DNA from: Gammaproteobacteria bacterium
GTDB taxonomy: Bacteria > Pseudomonadota > Gammaproteobacteria > Eutrophobiales > Eutrophobiaceae
Assembly: GCA_965222155.1 (NCBI GenBank)
Contig: CBDCTH010000012.1
Location: forward strand, 480,001 to 544,000
Direction of reading: 5' to 3'
DNA length: 64,000 nucleotides
Under the pieces are notes generated by a model. That model was not told the origin of the DNA, ran no database searches, and was given only the letters and a program-made list of their open reading frames with translations. Below are positions 47,800-58,133 of this stretch, one piece after another. Position 1 is the first letter of the stretch. Each line of letters opens with the position of its first letter. A program made the position numbers and the translations under genes.

Positions 47800-48417
47800 T
47801 TAATGATTGTTTTTCTGACGGGATAATTCGATATATTTGTTATGTATATTTACAACCTTAATTTTCATATCGCTCATACTACCATCGTTGACAATAATGT
47901 CATGCGCGGCGCGCAGTCTTTCCGAGCGGCTGATTTGAGCCATGATTATACTCCTTGCCTGGTCTTCATTCGTATTATCTCGCCGGGTCACCCGCTCTAC
48001 CTGTAATTCTTCAGGTGCATCCACCACCAGTACCCTGTCCATGGCCGCCTGTCCGCCTGTTTCCATCAATAAGGGTATGCAGATAATACAATAAGGATAT
48101 TTCACTCGATTTATGAACGTTTGAATTTCCGCGCGGACGCGCGGGTGGATGATGGCTTCCAGTTGTTTTTTCAACGCCGGATCGGTAAAGATGAGTTCGC
48201 GTAAATGTTGCCGGTTCAGGTTGCCTGATTCGTCAAGACTCTCATTTCCGAACAGGTCGACCACTTCGTTGAAAGCCGCCTGACCGGGCATGGTAAGCCT
48301 GTGAGAAATTTCATCTGCGTCGATAGTGGGTACTCCAAGCTCATCAAAATAGTTTTTGACTATCGACTTGCCGCTGCCAATTCCCCCGGTTAAACCTACT
48401 CGCATGGGACGGTTCAT
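47800..48417 (-). CDS. coaE: Dephospho-CoA kinase
   Basis: GLTGGIGSGKS, IDAD, LE.IIHP. Confidence 0.96.
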   Translation of the reverse strand: MNRPMRVGLTGGIGSGKSIVKNYFDELGVPTIDADEISHRLTMPGQAAFNEVVDLFGNESLDESGNLNRQHLRELIFTDPALKKQLEAIIHPRVRAEIQTFINRVKYPYCIICIPLLMETGGQAAMDRVLVVDAPEELQVERVTRRDNTNEDQARSIIMAQISRSERLRAAHDIIVNDGSMSDMKIKVVNIHNKYIELSRQKNNH

Positions 48418-49292
48418 AGCGCGCTTGCTCCCAGCAGGTAGGGATAATCAAACAGGTTTAATCCCCATACCAGGCTCAGCCATCCTGCCAGAGCCAGGTA
48501 AGGCCCGAAAGATATTGGCGCCGACCTTTGCCGCCGGCGAAACAAAACCAGGTACAGCCCGACCAGTGAGCCGAGCAGGGAGGAGAGAAAAACAATCGAT
48601 GCCAATGCCTGCCAGCCTGTCCATGCCCCCAGCATTGCGAGCAGCTTCAGATCTCCCAAACCCAAACCCTCCTTTCCGCTAATGAGTTTGAACAACTGAT
48701 AAACAATCCAGAAAATGCCATAACCCGCCACGGCGCCCAACAGGCTGGAATACAAGTCAGTGAATAGCCCGAAATAGTTGCAGAGCAGGCCCAGCCATAG
48801 AAAAGGAAGGGTGATATTATCCGGCAGCAGTTGATGGTCAATATCAATGAAAGTCAATGAGATAAGCGCCCAGGTGAATAAACAGGCAAACACCATCCGG
48901 ACGGACACATCATAGTTTACCGCGACTGCCACTGTCAGTAATGCGGTTAACACCTCGACGAGGGGGTAGCGCAATGAAATCCGCTTGTTACAGCCCGTGC
49001 ATCTTCCCTTGAGAAAGACAAAACTCAACACGGGAATATTTTCCAACGCGGTGATCCTGTGACCGCAGTACGGACACCTGGAGCCGGGTTTTAATAAATT
49101 ATAAGGTTCCGCGGCGGGTTTTCCCCCATTTTTCAGTTCGAGAAATTCATGGCAGTCCTGGCGCCAGGCAAACTTCATTATGCCGGGAAGCCGCAGGATA
49201 ACCACGTTCAGGAAACTCCCGATCAGCAAACCAAGTACCGCGCTCACGGCATAAAAAAGGGGAGGCGGCATTTGCAGGAGTATATTCATCAC
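48414..49292 (-). CDS. pilD: Prepilin peptidase / N-methyltransferase
   Basis: GSFLNVVI.RLP, two CxxC pairs, D...QLLPD, G.GD.KL. Confidence 0.95.
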   Translation of the reverse strand: MMNILLQMPPPLFYAVSAVLGLLIGSFLNVVILRLPGIMKFAWRQDCHEFLELKNGGKPAAEPYNLLKPGSRCPYCGHRITALENIPVLSFVFLKGRCTGCNKRISLRYPLVEVLTALLTVAVAVNYDVSVRMVFACLFTWALISLTFIDIDHQLLPDNITLPFLWLGLLCNYFGLFTDLYSSLLGAVAGYGIFWIVYQLFKLISGKEGLGLGDLKLLAMLGAWTGWQALASIVFLSSLLGSLVGLYLVLFRRRQRSAPISFGPYLALAGWLSLVWGLNLFDYPYLLGASAL

Positions 49293-49429
49293 ATACTGTA
49301 AAAAGGGGGGACGAGTTCATCAATATAACGAATCCTGTAAGGAATTCAATAGGGTGTGGGTCTGCACAGGCTAATATCCACACTGTGTCCTCTGTGCCCT
49401 CTGTGGTAAACAATCCCCTATGTCCCCTT

Positions 49430-52006
49430 TTATCGGGCGGAGAAGGTGAGGGCGCCTTCGTCCGCGTCCACGTAAATGGTATCCGCTGCATGAAAATTCC
49501 CGGCCAGTAACTCTTTTGCCAAAGGTGTTTCCAAGTGGGTCTGGACGGCCCGTTTTAAGGGGCGGGCGCCGTATACCGGGTCAAAACCGTTCTGCGCCAA
49601 GGTGTCTTTAGCCTTATCTGAGACGCTGATGGTGATGCCTTGTTCGGTCAGACGCTGTTTCAGCCTTTCAATCTGGATCTCGGCAATAGCCTTAAGTTGT
49701 GTGCGCTTTAAGCTATGGAACACTACCAGATCATCAATCCTGTTGAGGAATTCCGGCCGGAAATAAGCGGATACGATCTCCAGTACCGTCGATTTCATGG
49801 TCTCATAGTCGGCGTCGTCGGACAGTTCACGAATTCGATCCGAACCCAGGTTCGATGTCATGATGATAACGCTATTACGGAAATCAACGGTTCTACCCTG
49901 GCCGTCCGTCAAACGGCCGTCGTCCAATACTTGTAACAGTACGTTGAAAACGTCAGGGTGGGCTTTTTCCACTTCGTCCAGCAGTACCAGGCTATAGGGT
50001 CTGCGTCTGACCTGTTCGGTCAGTTGTCCGCCTTCGTCATAGCCAATATAGCCGGGCGGCGCGCCGATCAGCCTGGCCACTGCGTGCTTTTCCATATACT
50101 CCGACATGTCGATGCGGACAATGGCGTCTTCGCTGTCAAATAAAAAATCAGCCAGGGCTTTGCACAATTCCGTCTTGCCTACCCCGGTGGGACCGAGAAA
50201 AAGAAAAGAACCATTGGGTCTGTTCGGATCGGAAAGCCCGGCGCGGGCGCGGCGAATGGCATCTGACACCGCAACAATGGCCTCATCCTGGCCGATAACC
50301 CGGCGATGCAGCGCCTGCTCCATCTGCAGCAACTTGTCTCTTTCCCCCTGCAACATCTTTGCCACAGGAATTCCCGTCCACTTGGACACCACTTCAGCGA
50401 TCTCGTTTTCAGTTACCTTATTGCGTAACAATTGCATCGGCTTGGTTTCGGTGCGATCGGCTTTTTCGAGTTGTTTTTCAAGAGCGGGAATAATGCCGTA
50501 TTGCAATTCCGACATTCTGTTGAGATCTCCGGCCCGTTGCGCCGCCTCAAATTCCAGCCTGGCCTGCTCCAGTTTTTCCTTGATGTCATGAGCGCCCTGT
50601 AAGGCCGCTTTTTCGGATTTCCAAATCTCTTCCAGGTCGGCAAACTCCAGCTCTACGTTGCTTATGTCTTTCTCCAGGTCGGACAAACGTTTCTTTGATG
50701 CCTCATCGGATTCCTTTTTCAAGGCCTCGCGCTCAATCTTCATTTGAATGAGGCGCCTCTCCAGACGGTCCATCGCTTCCGGTTTGGAATCTATCTCGAT
50801 ACTGATTCTGCTGGCGGCCTCATCAATCAAGTCAATGGCTTTGTCGGGCAATTGTCTGTCAGTGATGTAACGCTGCCCTAGATTGGCCGCGGAAATTATT
50901 GCCGGATCGGTAATCTGAACGTTATGGTGTACTTCATAACGTTCTTTCAGACCGCGTAGAATGGCAATGGTGTCATCCACATTCGGTTCGTCGATGAATA
51001 TTTTCTGAAAGCGCCGCTCCAGCGCCGCGTCTTTTTCGATATTTTCCCTGTATTCATCCAGGGTCGTAGCGCCGATACAGTGTAACTCACCCCTGGCCAG
51101 GGCGGGTTTCAACATATTGCCGGCATCCATTGACCCTTCCGCCTTACCGGCGCCGACCATGGTATGCACCTCATCAATAAACAGGATGATCTGGCCCTGT
51201 TGTTTGTTGAGATCGTTCAATACCCCTTTCAGTCGTTCCTCAAACTCGCCGCGAAACTTCGCTCCGGCGATGAGTGAACCCATGTCCAATGCCAGCAATT
51301 GCTTGCCTTTCAAGGAGTCGGGCACCTCGCCGTTGATGATACGTTGCGCCAGGCCCTCGACTATGGCTGTTTTACCGACACCCGGTTCCCCGATCAGCAC
51401 AGGATTATTTTTCGTTCGTCTTTGCAGGACCTGGATCGTGCGGCGTATCTCCTCATCCCGACCGATAACGGGATCCAGTTTCCCCTGGATGGCCTGTTCA
51501 GTTAGATTAATCGTGAATTTATCCAATGCGCCCCGGTTATCTTCACTGTGAGGGTCGTTAACGCTTTCCCCGCCACGGATTTTATTTATCGCCGCCTCTA
51601 TTTTATGTTTGTCGGCGCCGCACTCTCGCATGAGTTTCCCCAGCCCTGATTTGTCGTCAGTGGCGGCAAGGGAGAACAATTCGCTGGAAATATATTGATC
51701 CTTACGATTTTGCGCGTACTTGTCCGTGAGGTTGAGCAGCCGCTCCAGGTCTTTGGACACGTATATTTCCCCGTTGTGTCCCTGTACCCGGGGAAAATTC
51801 TCCATGTCACGGGTTATTTGTTTGTGCAACCCGTCGACATCCACCCCTGCCAGGCCCAGTAAATGGGTGGTCGAACCGCCTTCCTGGTCCAACAGCGCGG
51901 CCATAACGTGTAACGGTTCTATAAATTGGTTATCGCGCCCCAGCGCCAGACTCTGGGCATTCGCCAAAGCCTGCTGGAATTTACTGGTTAATCTGTCTGT
52001 ACGCAT
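49430..52006 (-). CDS. clpB: Chaperone ClpB
   Basis: [17 protein letters not shown], coiled-coil middle domain, GARPLKR. Confidence 0.97.
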   Translation of the reverse strand: MRTDRLTSKFQQALANAQSLALGRDNQFIEPLHVMAALLDQEGGSTTHLLGLAGVDVDGLHKQITRDMENFPRVQGHNGEIYVSKDLERLLNLTDKYAQNRKDQYISSELFSLAATDDKSGLGKLMRECGADKHKIEAAINKIRGGESVNDPHSEDNRGALDKFTINLTEQAIQGKLDPVIGRDEEIRRTIQVLQRRTKNNPVLIGEPGVGKTAIVEGLAQRIINGEVPDSLKGKQLLALDMGSLIAGAKFRGEFEERLKGVLNDLNKQQGQIILFIDEVHTMVGAGKAEGSMDAGNMLKPALARGELHCIGATTLDEYRENIEKDAALERRFQKIFIDEPNVDDTIAILRGLKERYEVHHNVQITDPAIISAANLGQRYITDRQLPDKAIDLIDEAASRISIEIDSKPEAMDRLERRLIQMKIEREALKKESDEASKKRLSDLEKDISNVELEFADLEEIWKSEKAALQGAHDIKEKLEQARLEFEAAQRAGDLNRMSELQYGIIPALEKQLEKADRTETKPMQLLRNKVTENEIAEVVSKWTGIPVAKMLQGERDKLLQMEQALHRRVIGQDEAIVAVSDAIRRARAGLSDPNRPNGSFLFLGPTGVGKTELCKALADFLFDSEDAIVRIDMSEYMEKHAVARLIGAPPGYIGYDEGGQLTEQVRRRPYSLVLLDEVEKAHPDVFNVLLQVLDDGRLTDGQGRTVDFRNSVIIMTSNLGSDRIRELSDDADYETMKSTVLEIVSAYFRPEFLNRIDDLVVFHSLKRTQLKAIAEIQIERLKQRLTEQGITISVSDKAKDTLAQNGFDPVYGARPLKRAVQTHLETPLAKELLAGNFHAADTIYVDADEGALTFSAR

Positions 52007-52039
52007 CAGTCAAGTCCGGTAATTGGTGACACCATATAA

Positions 52040-52065
52040 ATATGGGCATTTAGGTCCGATTCAAG
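52040..52065 (-). promoter_or_regulatory. Sigma32 (RpoH) promoter of clpB
   Basis: Minus strand CTTGAA-13 bp-CCCATAT. Confidence 0.75.
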
Positions 52066-52080
52066 TCTGTGTCCTTTCCA

Positions 52081-52860
52081 TCACTGCATCCATATCATAC
52101 TTGCCATACGTCCTGTCACGCCGTCCCTGCGATAGGAATAGAACAGGTCTTTTCTACTGTAGGTACACAGGTTACATCCATAAACGTCTTCGACACCTTG
52201 TTGCAGCAGCTTGATTTTCACCAGTTGTCCGAGGTCCAGGAACCAGTGATTCGCACGACTCTGACGGATTGCCTGAGAAAACGGGACAGATTTATTTTCA
52301 CTCTGTTCCGACCGGGGACAAATTTCAAATCTGTCCCCGGTCCCCAGGCAAGCAGTGATAACGTCAGCCCCGACTTCGTAATTTTCCTGACTGATATACG
52401 GCCCCAGCCAGGCCAGTAATTCCCGGGGATTGGCGTTAAACATGGCCAGGGCGCTTTTTATGATGCCTTGACACAGGCCGCGCCAACCGATGTGGATAGC
52501 GGCAATTTCAGTGCCGGATTTATTACAGAGCAACAGGGGAATACAGTCAGCCGTTAAAACTGCACATACCCTGTCGGTTGCGCGAGTATAAGCGCCGTCC
52601 GCGTCTGCGTTTTCGTCCGGATTGACTTCAACTACCCTGCTGCCGTGGCGCTGTTTCAACCAGTTCGGCGCGGCCGGCAGGCTTAATTGACTTTGCAACC
52701 GTAAGCGGTTCTCTGCAACGGCCTGCAGGTCATCGCCTACATGACCGGCAAGGTTAAAGCTGTCGAACGGGGGGCGACTGACACCGACCAGCCGCGTTGT
52801 CGTTCCGGCGTGAATGTGCCCGGGCGCAGGCCAGTCTGCGGCCATCCATATCTCATTCAT
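52081..52860 (-). CDS. pgeF: Peptidoglycan editing factor PgeF/YfiH with an in-frame palindromic insert
   Basis: NLA.HVGD, LTADC.P, H.GWRG, SYRR....GRMAS. Confidence 0.93.
   Translation of the reverse strand: MNEIWMAADWPAPGHIHAGTTTRLVGVSRPPFDSFNLAGHVGDDLQAVAENRLRLQSQLSLPAAPNWLKQRHGSRVVEVNPDENADADGAYTRATDRVCAVLTADCIPLLLCNKSGTEIAAIHIGWRGLCQGIIKSALAMFNANPRELLAWLGPYISQENYEVGADVITACLGTGDRFEICPRSEQSENKSVPFSQAIRQSRANHWFLDLGQLVKIKLLQQGVEDVYGCNLCTYSRKDLFYSYRRDGVTGRMASMIWMQ
52278..52345. repeat. GGGGACAGA-family palindromes in frame within pgeF
   Basis: GGGACAGATTTATTTTC plus GGGGACAAATTTCAAATCTGTCCCC; encodes GDRFEICP...ENKSVPF. Confidence 0.82.
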
Positions 52861-53806
52861 TCGACTCATGCCTGATGGCGGCCAGTAATTCTTCGATATC
52901 TGCGGTCAGTGGCGCCGACCACTCCAGGCTTTCATTATTCAGCGGATGCAGCAACTCCAGCCGGACCGCATGCAGCGCCTGTCTGGGAAATGCGGCAATC
53001 TTTTTCCTGAGTGTGTCCGATACATTTTTAGGAAACCGCTTCCTTCCCCCATAAACAGGGTCGCCGATAACAGGATGGCCCAGGTGCGCCATGTGGACCC
53101 GGATTTGATGGGTACGTCCCGTCTCAAGTCTTATTTTAAGGTCCGTACAGATGGGATATTTCCTGACGATCCGATAATGGGTCGTTGCGGTTTTACCCTT
53201 GTCGGTAACGGCCATGCGGGTTCGTAACGTCGGGTGCCTGCCTATGGCAGCGTTTATCGTACCGCCGCTGATTAAATGCCCATGCACGACAGCCCGGTAT
53301 TCTCTTGTGATTTTCCGGTCCTGTAAATCCTTCACCAGTCTCGTATGGGCTTCCAGTGTTTTCGCCACCACCATGATTCCTGAAGTTTCCTTATCGAGGC
53401 GCTGAACAATACCCGCCCTTGGGACCTGCGCCAAATCAGGGCAGTGATACAGCAAGGCGTTGACCAGGGTACGATCCGGGTTGCCGGCGCCCGGGTGAAC
53501 GACAATGCCCGGCGCCTTGTTGATGACAAGAATGGCCTCATCCTCATAGAGGACATCGATGGGGATAGCCTGTTCAATCCATTTTTCATTTCGATTTTCA
53601 AGCTGCGCCCTGACCTTGATCGACTGACCCCCCTGGACGGTATCTTTCTGCTTCAGCGAAGCGCCGTCCACGCTGACAAAACCATCTCTTATCCATGCCT
53701 GCAAGCGGGAACGGGAATGCTGCGGGCATAACAGGGCCAGGACCTGGTCGAGTCGTTTCCCGGTATGCTGTTCCGGCACAATTAGCGTATGGTTCTCCTT
53801 TCTCAT
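52853..53806 (-). CDS. rluD: 23S rRNA pseudouridine synthase RluD
   Basis: S4 domain RLDQ..A, GIV.RLDKETSG, LETGRTHQIRVH. Confidence 0.95.
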   Translation of the reverse strand: MRKENHTLIVPEQHTGKRLDQVLALLCPQHSRSRLQAWIRDGFVSVDGASLKQKDTVQGGQSIKVRAQLENRNEKWIEQAIPIDVLYEDEAILVINKAPGIVVHPGAGNPDRTLVNALLYHCPDLAQVPRAGIVQRLDKETSGIMVVAKTLEAHTRLVKDLQDRKITREYRAVVHGHLISGGTINAAIGRHPTLRTRMAVTDKGKTATTHYRIVRKYPICTDLKIRLETGRTHQIRVHMAHLGHPVIGDPVYGGRKRFPKNVSDTLRKKIAAFPRQALHAVRLELLHPLNNESLEWSAPLTADIEELLAAIRHESNE

Positions 53807-53885
53807 CTCAACATTAGTATAAGCTACACAGGGTACGGAGATCACATTACACGCGGGAACAGCCGAAGCCTACTACCCTCCGCCC

Positions 53886-54119
53886 TCACCATCTCGTTCG
53901 ACCCCGGGTTGCTGAGAATGCAGAGTTCACCGAATCGGAAGGGAGAGATGCCATTCCATATCTCAAATTGTACTGTTCTATCATCTCTTTACCTCCTTTC
54001 TTAAGGACAATGAGGTCGCACATTGTGCTCTCGACCCAAAGCAGGTACATGAAGCATTGGCCCGCTTCCAAAAGGAGTTGATCAACTTCAACAGTTAGTC
54101 TTGTCATTTGTGTGCTCAT
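53886..54119 (-). pseudogene. Short hypothetical ORF, possibly 3'-truncated at the island edge
   Basis: 77-aa ORF with a protein-like N-terminal half; no family recognised. Confidence 0.3.
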
Positions 54120-54213
54120 TCTTATTTTTGACTGGATCCCACTTGCATCGTCGAAGTCCCCTCACCGTATCCGGGAAGTTCTGACATTGACCCGATTGCA
54201 AATGGCAATTTTC

Positions 54214-57003
54214 TCACCGCCTTCGGCGTTTCCTTCCCTTCATTTGCGCCGCGAGCGGCGTTTGCATCTTCTCGTAGAGCATAAACAGGTGCTCGACACG
54301 CTCGCGCTCGGAGGCGAAGCCGGTGCGCCGATAAAGCCGGTCCACCGCACGGTCAAGTGCCTGATGCGCCCGGCGCAGGTTCGGCGGCATCAAGTCAGGA
54401 TCGTAGAGATCAGCCAGTGTCGCGCCAGGATGAGCGGCACGGGCATCGAGCACTGCCTGGGCCAGCGGTTCCAATCTCGACAGGTCCTCTCCTTTGGGCA
54501 GCATCGGAAAGGTGTTGTAGACGAGACCGATGGAGTAGCGGTAGTCGCTCTTGAGCCGCCCGCCGATATGGCGCAGCCAGGCCATGTGCATGGCCGAGGT
54601 CAGTAGCGCGAAATCCGCCAGCGTTGCGTTTTGCAGAATCCTCACGAGATTGCTCGGAAAGACCGGCGGCTTCAGCCAGCCGATGGGCGCATACTCCCGC
54701 CGCTCGGAACTGACTTCGGGAATCACCAGAAACGGCGCATTGGGGATGACCTCGACATTGTACCGCGTCGGGTAATCGGCAATCGCCAACGTACTCTTGC
54801 GCTTGCTCTTCATCCGAAAGCGGCGGACGGCCGCCATGCGTTCGCGTACGCGGGGAAGGCCCTTCAGCTCCGTCGGCGATGCTTCCTGCAAGGCCAGAAT
54901 CCACCGCTCGCTTCCTTGCAGGTATTCGCGAGCGCCGACATAGGGGCGAAGAAATCGCAAGGCGTCCGGCTCGGCTTCCAAAAGTTCGGCGCGTTCCTCC
55001 GAGTTGAAAATGTACTCGCCGTCATCGATGGGCTGGCTTCCACTAACCAGCCTGCCTATCCCATTGATCGGCGCGCTTTCCTCTCGCACCACCAGATGCG
55101 GGTCGGAGAGCCCGCCAGCGTCGAACAGGTAGGGCGACAGCGCGGCGTGGCCGCTTTCCTCCGGCTCGCCGTTGATATCGGGATAGCTGAACAGGCGTTT
55201 CTCCGGTCGCGCGGCCTCCTGCCGGTCGAGGCCGAGAATAACAACATGCACGTGTGCCTTGCCGCGCGCGTCCGATCCCCACGCGAACGTGCGGTGCGCG
55301 AACGCGATCTCCAGCTTGCAACGCTCGAACAGGACCGGCCAGAGTTGCGCGACCTGCTCGCCTTGCGTGATCGAGTTGGTGGCGACGAAGCCGATCCGGG
55401 CGCGGCTGCCCTGCACATACTCTCCCGCCTTGATGAACCATGCGGCGACGTAATCGAGCGTGCCGCCGCTCTTGCCGAGCGCCGCGATCCCTCGCACCTG
55501 AGCACGTTGTTCCGTTGTCTGATACTTTGCGCCCACGAAGGGTGGGTTGCCGAAGACGAAGGAACAATCGCCCGGCGGCAGCAATTCGGACCAGTCGGTT
55601 TCCAGCGCGTCGCCGTGGACGATGTGCGGCGACTTCTCCAGAGGAATGCGAGCGTAGGTCTGGCCGAACTCCAGGCTCAGCCGGTTGTTCATGATGTGGT
55701 CCATCATCCACAGCGCGGTCTCAGCAGTGCGAGCCGGGAACTCGCCAAGCTCGATCCCGTAGAACTGATCCACGTCCACCGCCGACTGCCATGCGGCATC
55801 GAGCAGCGTCTGCGTGGTCGCGACGGTCGCGTCCCGAATCTCCTGGATGACCTCGATTTCGAGTAGCCGCAATTCCCGGTAGGCGATGATGAGGAAGTTG
55901 CCGCAACCGCACGCCGGGTCGAAGAACGTCATGCCGCCGAGCTTCACCTGGAATTGCCGGAGCGCGGCAAGGCGGTTTCGGCCGCGCCGCGCCCTCGCTC
56001 GCTCGAACTCGGCGCGCAGGTCGTCCATGAATAGCGGTTCGATCACCTTGAGGATGTTCTTCTCGGTCGTGTAGTGCGCGCCCTGGGCTCGGCGTTCCGC
56101 CGGGTCCATCACCGACTGGAACAGCGCGCCGAAGATCGCGGGCGAGAGTTTCGACCAGTCGAAGCGGCAGGCGTCCAGCAGCGCCCCGCGCATCGCCGCG
56201 TCGAACGAGAAGGTCCGCAGATGCCCATCGAACAGGTCGCCGTTGACGTAGGGGAACCGGGCAAGGTCCTCATCGAGGGTCGCGGGACGCCTGTCCTCCG
56301 GCGTGTCGAGCACCTCGAACAGCTGCGCGAGCCACGGCCCGAGATCGGCCCCGTCCTCGCTTGTGCGCGTCTCGATGAAATCGAGGAAGATGTCGCGCGG
56401 CTCGAACACCCCGGTGTCGTCGGCGAACATGCAGAACACGACGCGCACGAGGAACCGTTCCAGATCGTGCCCCCGGTGCCCCGCGTCCGCGAGCGCATCG
56501 TGCAGCTGCCCAACCAGCTCGGCGGCCTCGATGTTCGCCGGGTCCTGATCGCGGAAAGTCCGGCGCTGTACGCCGAGGATGAAGCCGAACGCCTCGACAT
56601 GGGCGGGAAGGTCAGCGAGCGTGAACGCGGCGACCTCCCGCTCGTCCAGGTCGTGAAGCTCGAAGGTCTGGAAGTCGCTGACCAGAATGTAGCGCGGGCG
56701 GTCGCGCTCGGGCAGCGCGTCGAAGTACTCCCCGGCCTGGGCGTATGCCGCCTTCAGGTCGCGCCCGGCGCTTTTCTGCTCGACGATCAAGACGCCCGGC
56801 CAGAACAGGTCGATGAAGCCCGAGCGGTTGTCCAGCTTCGCGACATGGGACTCGTAGCGCGCGACGTTCCGCCGCCGCACCCCGAACACCTCGAAGAAGG
56901 CGTTGTAGAAGCTCTGCGTTTCGCCCTTCTCGTAGGCCGCGTCCGCCCAGTCCTTGGCGAAGTCTGCGGCGCGAGCACGAACCTCGTTCCACGACAGGCG
57001 CAT
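54214..57003 (-). CDS. MmeI-like type IIL restriction-modification enzyme (m6A)
   Basis: N-terminal FIDLFWPG.LIVEQK nuclease motif, GAHYT, DPACGCGNF, GNPPF, GGRLKSDYRYS, LADLYDP; ATG at 57003. Confidence 0.92.
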   Translation of the reverse strand: MRLSWNEVRARAADFAKDWADAAYEKGETQSFYNAFFEVFGVRRRNVARYESHVAKLDNRSGFIDLFWPGVLIVEQKSAGRDLKAAYAQAGEYFDALPERDRPRYILVSDFQTFELHDLDEREVAAFTLADLPAHVEAFGFILGVQRRTFRDQDPANIEAAELVGQLHDALADAGHRGHDLERFLVRVVFCMFADDTGVFEPRDIFLDFIETRTSEDGADLGPWLAQLFEVLDTPEDRRPATLDEDLARFPYVNGDLFDGHLRTFSFDAAMRGALLDACRFDWSKLSPAIFGALFQSVMDPAERRAQGAHYTTEKNILKVIEPLFMDDLRAEFERARARRGRNRLAALRQFQVKLGGMTFFDPACGCGNFLIIAYRELRLLEIEVIQEIRDATVATTQTLLDAAWQSAVDVDQFYGIELGEFPARTAETALWMMDHIMNNRLSLEFGQTYARIPLEKSPHIVHGDALETDWSELLPPGDCSFVFGNPPFVGAKYQTTEQRAQVRGIAALGKSGGTLDYVAAWFIKAGEYVQGSRARIGFVATNSITQGEQVAQLWPVLFERCKLEIAFAHRTFAWGSDARGKAHVHVVILGLDRQEAARPEKRLFSYPDINGEPEESGHAALSPYLFDAGGLSDPHLVVREESAPINGIGRLVSGSQPIDDGEYIFNSEERAELLEAEPDALRFLRPYVGAREYLQGSERWILALQEASPTELKGLPRVRERMAAVRRFRMKSKRKSTLAIADYPTRYNVEVIPNAPFLVIPEVSSERREYAPIGWLKPPVFPSNLVRILQNATLADFALLTSAMHMAWLRHIGGRLKSDYRYSIGLVYNTFPMLPKGEDLSRLEPLAQAVLDARAAHPGATLADLYDPDLMPPNLRRAHQALDRAVDRLYRRTGFASERERVEHLFMLYEKMQTPLAAQMKGRKRRRR

Positions 57004-57127
57004 CAGTTCACGCCGCCCGCCTTGTACCGCGCGAGGGATCGCTTCCCGGCGACCGGAAGCGGCACCCGCAGACGAACGACGGCTTCCGAGACAGTCGTCC
57101 GTTCCGCGGCGCGGCCGCGAGATCGGA

Positions 57128-57442
57128 TCATGCCTGCAACGCGGCCGCGCGCCTTTCGGCGGCGGCCCGGTCCCGGCGCGTCTGCGCAAGCTCGTAGCTC
57201 GCCTGCATCCGCATCCAGTGATCAGCAGTGCCCCAGCTGATATCCTCCAGCGCCAGCGCCATTTTCGCGGACACCCCTGCCTTGCCGTTCAGCAGCCGCG
57301 ACAACGTTCCGCGCTCACAGCCCAAGCGCGCCGCCGTCTCGCTTACGTTCCACCCCACATCGTTCATGCTCTCGCGGATCAGTTCGCCCAGGTGCGGTGG
57401 GTTCAGCATCGGGCTGACGCGATCGTTTGCAATGTCGTTCAT
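57128..57442 (-). CDS. higA: HigA family antitoxin (HTH)
   Basis: PPHLGE.IRE, LSRLLNGKAGVS..MAL.L, W.RMQ..YEL. Confidence 0.9.
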   Translation of the reverse strand: MNDIANDRVSPMLNPPHLGELIRESMNDVGWNVSETAARLGCERGTLSRLLNGKAGVSAKMALALEDISWGTADHWMRMQASYELAQTRRDRAAAERRAAALQA

Positions 57443-57460
57443 GGTCAACGCTCCCCTCGG

Positions 57461-57733
57461 TCAGTGGTAGTCAATCAAATTTACGTCTACGGCCTCGCCG
57501 TCCTCGAAACGGAACACCACGCGCCAGTTGCCGAAGACGCGAACGCTCCACTGGCCCGCGCGGTTGCCCTTCAGGGGATGCAGCCGGAAGCCCGGCGCAT
57601 CGGCGCTGCCCGGATGCGTCGCCTCTTGCAGCCGGAGCAGGATACGCCGAAGCCGTGGCGCCAGCCCGACAGGCAGTCGCGCGGCATCGTCCCGCTCGTG
57701 CAGTGCCCGCAGTCCCTTGTGCCTGATCTTCAT
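57461..57733 (-). CDS. higB: HigB/RelE family toxin
   Basis: RHKGLR, LHPLKG.RAG.WSVRV.GNWRVVFRF, IDYH; toxin precedes antitoxin. Confidence 0.92.
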   Translation of the reverse strand: MKIRHKGLRALHERDDAARLPVGLAPRLRRILLRLQEATHPGSADAPGFRLHPLKGNRAGQWSVRVFGNWRVVFRFEDGEAVDVNLIDYH

Positions 57734-57740
57734 GCAACAT

Positions 57741-57759
57741 TGTAGCGCGCCACGTTACA
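57741..57759. promoter_or_regulatory. Probable HigA operator
   Basis: TGTAGCG-N5-CGTTACA imperfect palindrome just upstream of higB. Confidence 0.6.
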
Positions 57760-57864
57760 CGCCGCAAGCGTTTGTATGGGTCCAACCAGGACTATCTTAA
57801 AGTCATGCCAGGCGCTTCCGCTAAATCGGGGTCAATACAGTGATTTTTGCCGGATTCGAACACA

Positions 57865-57967
57865 GGGGGGACAGATTTAAATCTGTCCCCCAGGAGTCAC
57901 GGGTATGTTTCCTTGGGAGGGAGGGCGTCTCGCCCTCCACGAGGGCAGAATGCCCTCGCTCCCGGGA
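57865..57967. repeat. GGGGACAGA palindrome plus GGGAG.GAGGGC double-hairpin repeat
   Basis: GGGGGACAGATTTAAATCTGTCCCCC; GGGAGGGAGGGCGTCTCGCCCTC..GAGGGCAGAATGCCCTCGCTCCC. Confidence 0.75.
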
Positions 57968-58133
57968 GTTAGCGGGAGCACCTGTATGTTGATCGAGTTT
58001 CTTGATAAGGAGCTTATTGTGCTCATTGAATCGGTCAGTGAACTGTTTGCTCTTTTGTGAGGAAGGGCGGCAGGAATCCATGATATGATATCGTCACGAT
58101 CGATCAGTAAAATAGTCAGGTTTCGCATTGATC

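Noticed and set aside
57004-57189. 62-aa N-terminal extension of the MmeI-like ORF
   Set aside because: Low-complexity Arg-rich sequence overlapping higA; the family-like sequence starts at MRLSWNE (57003).
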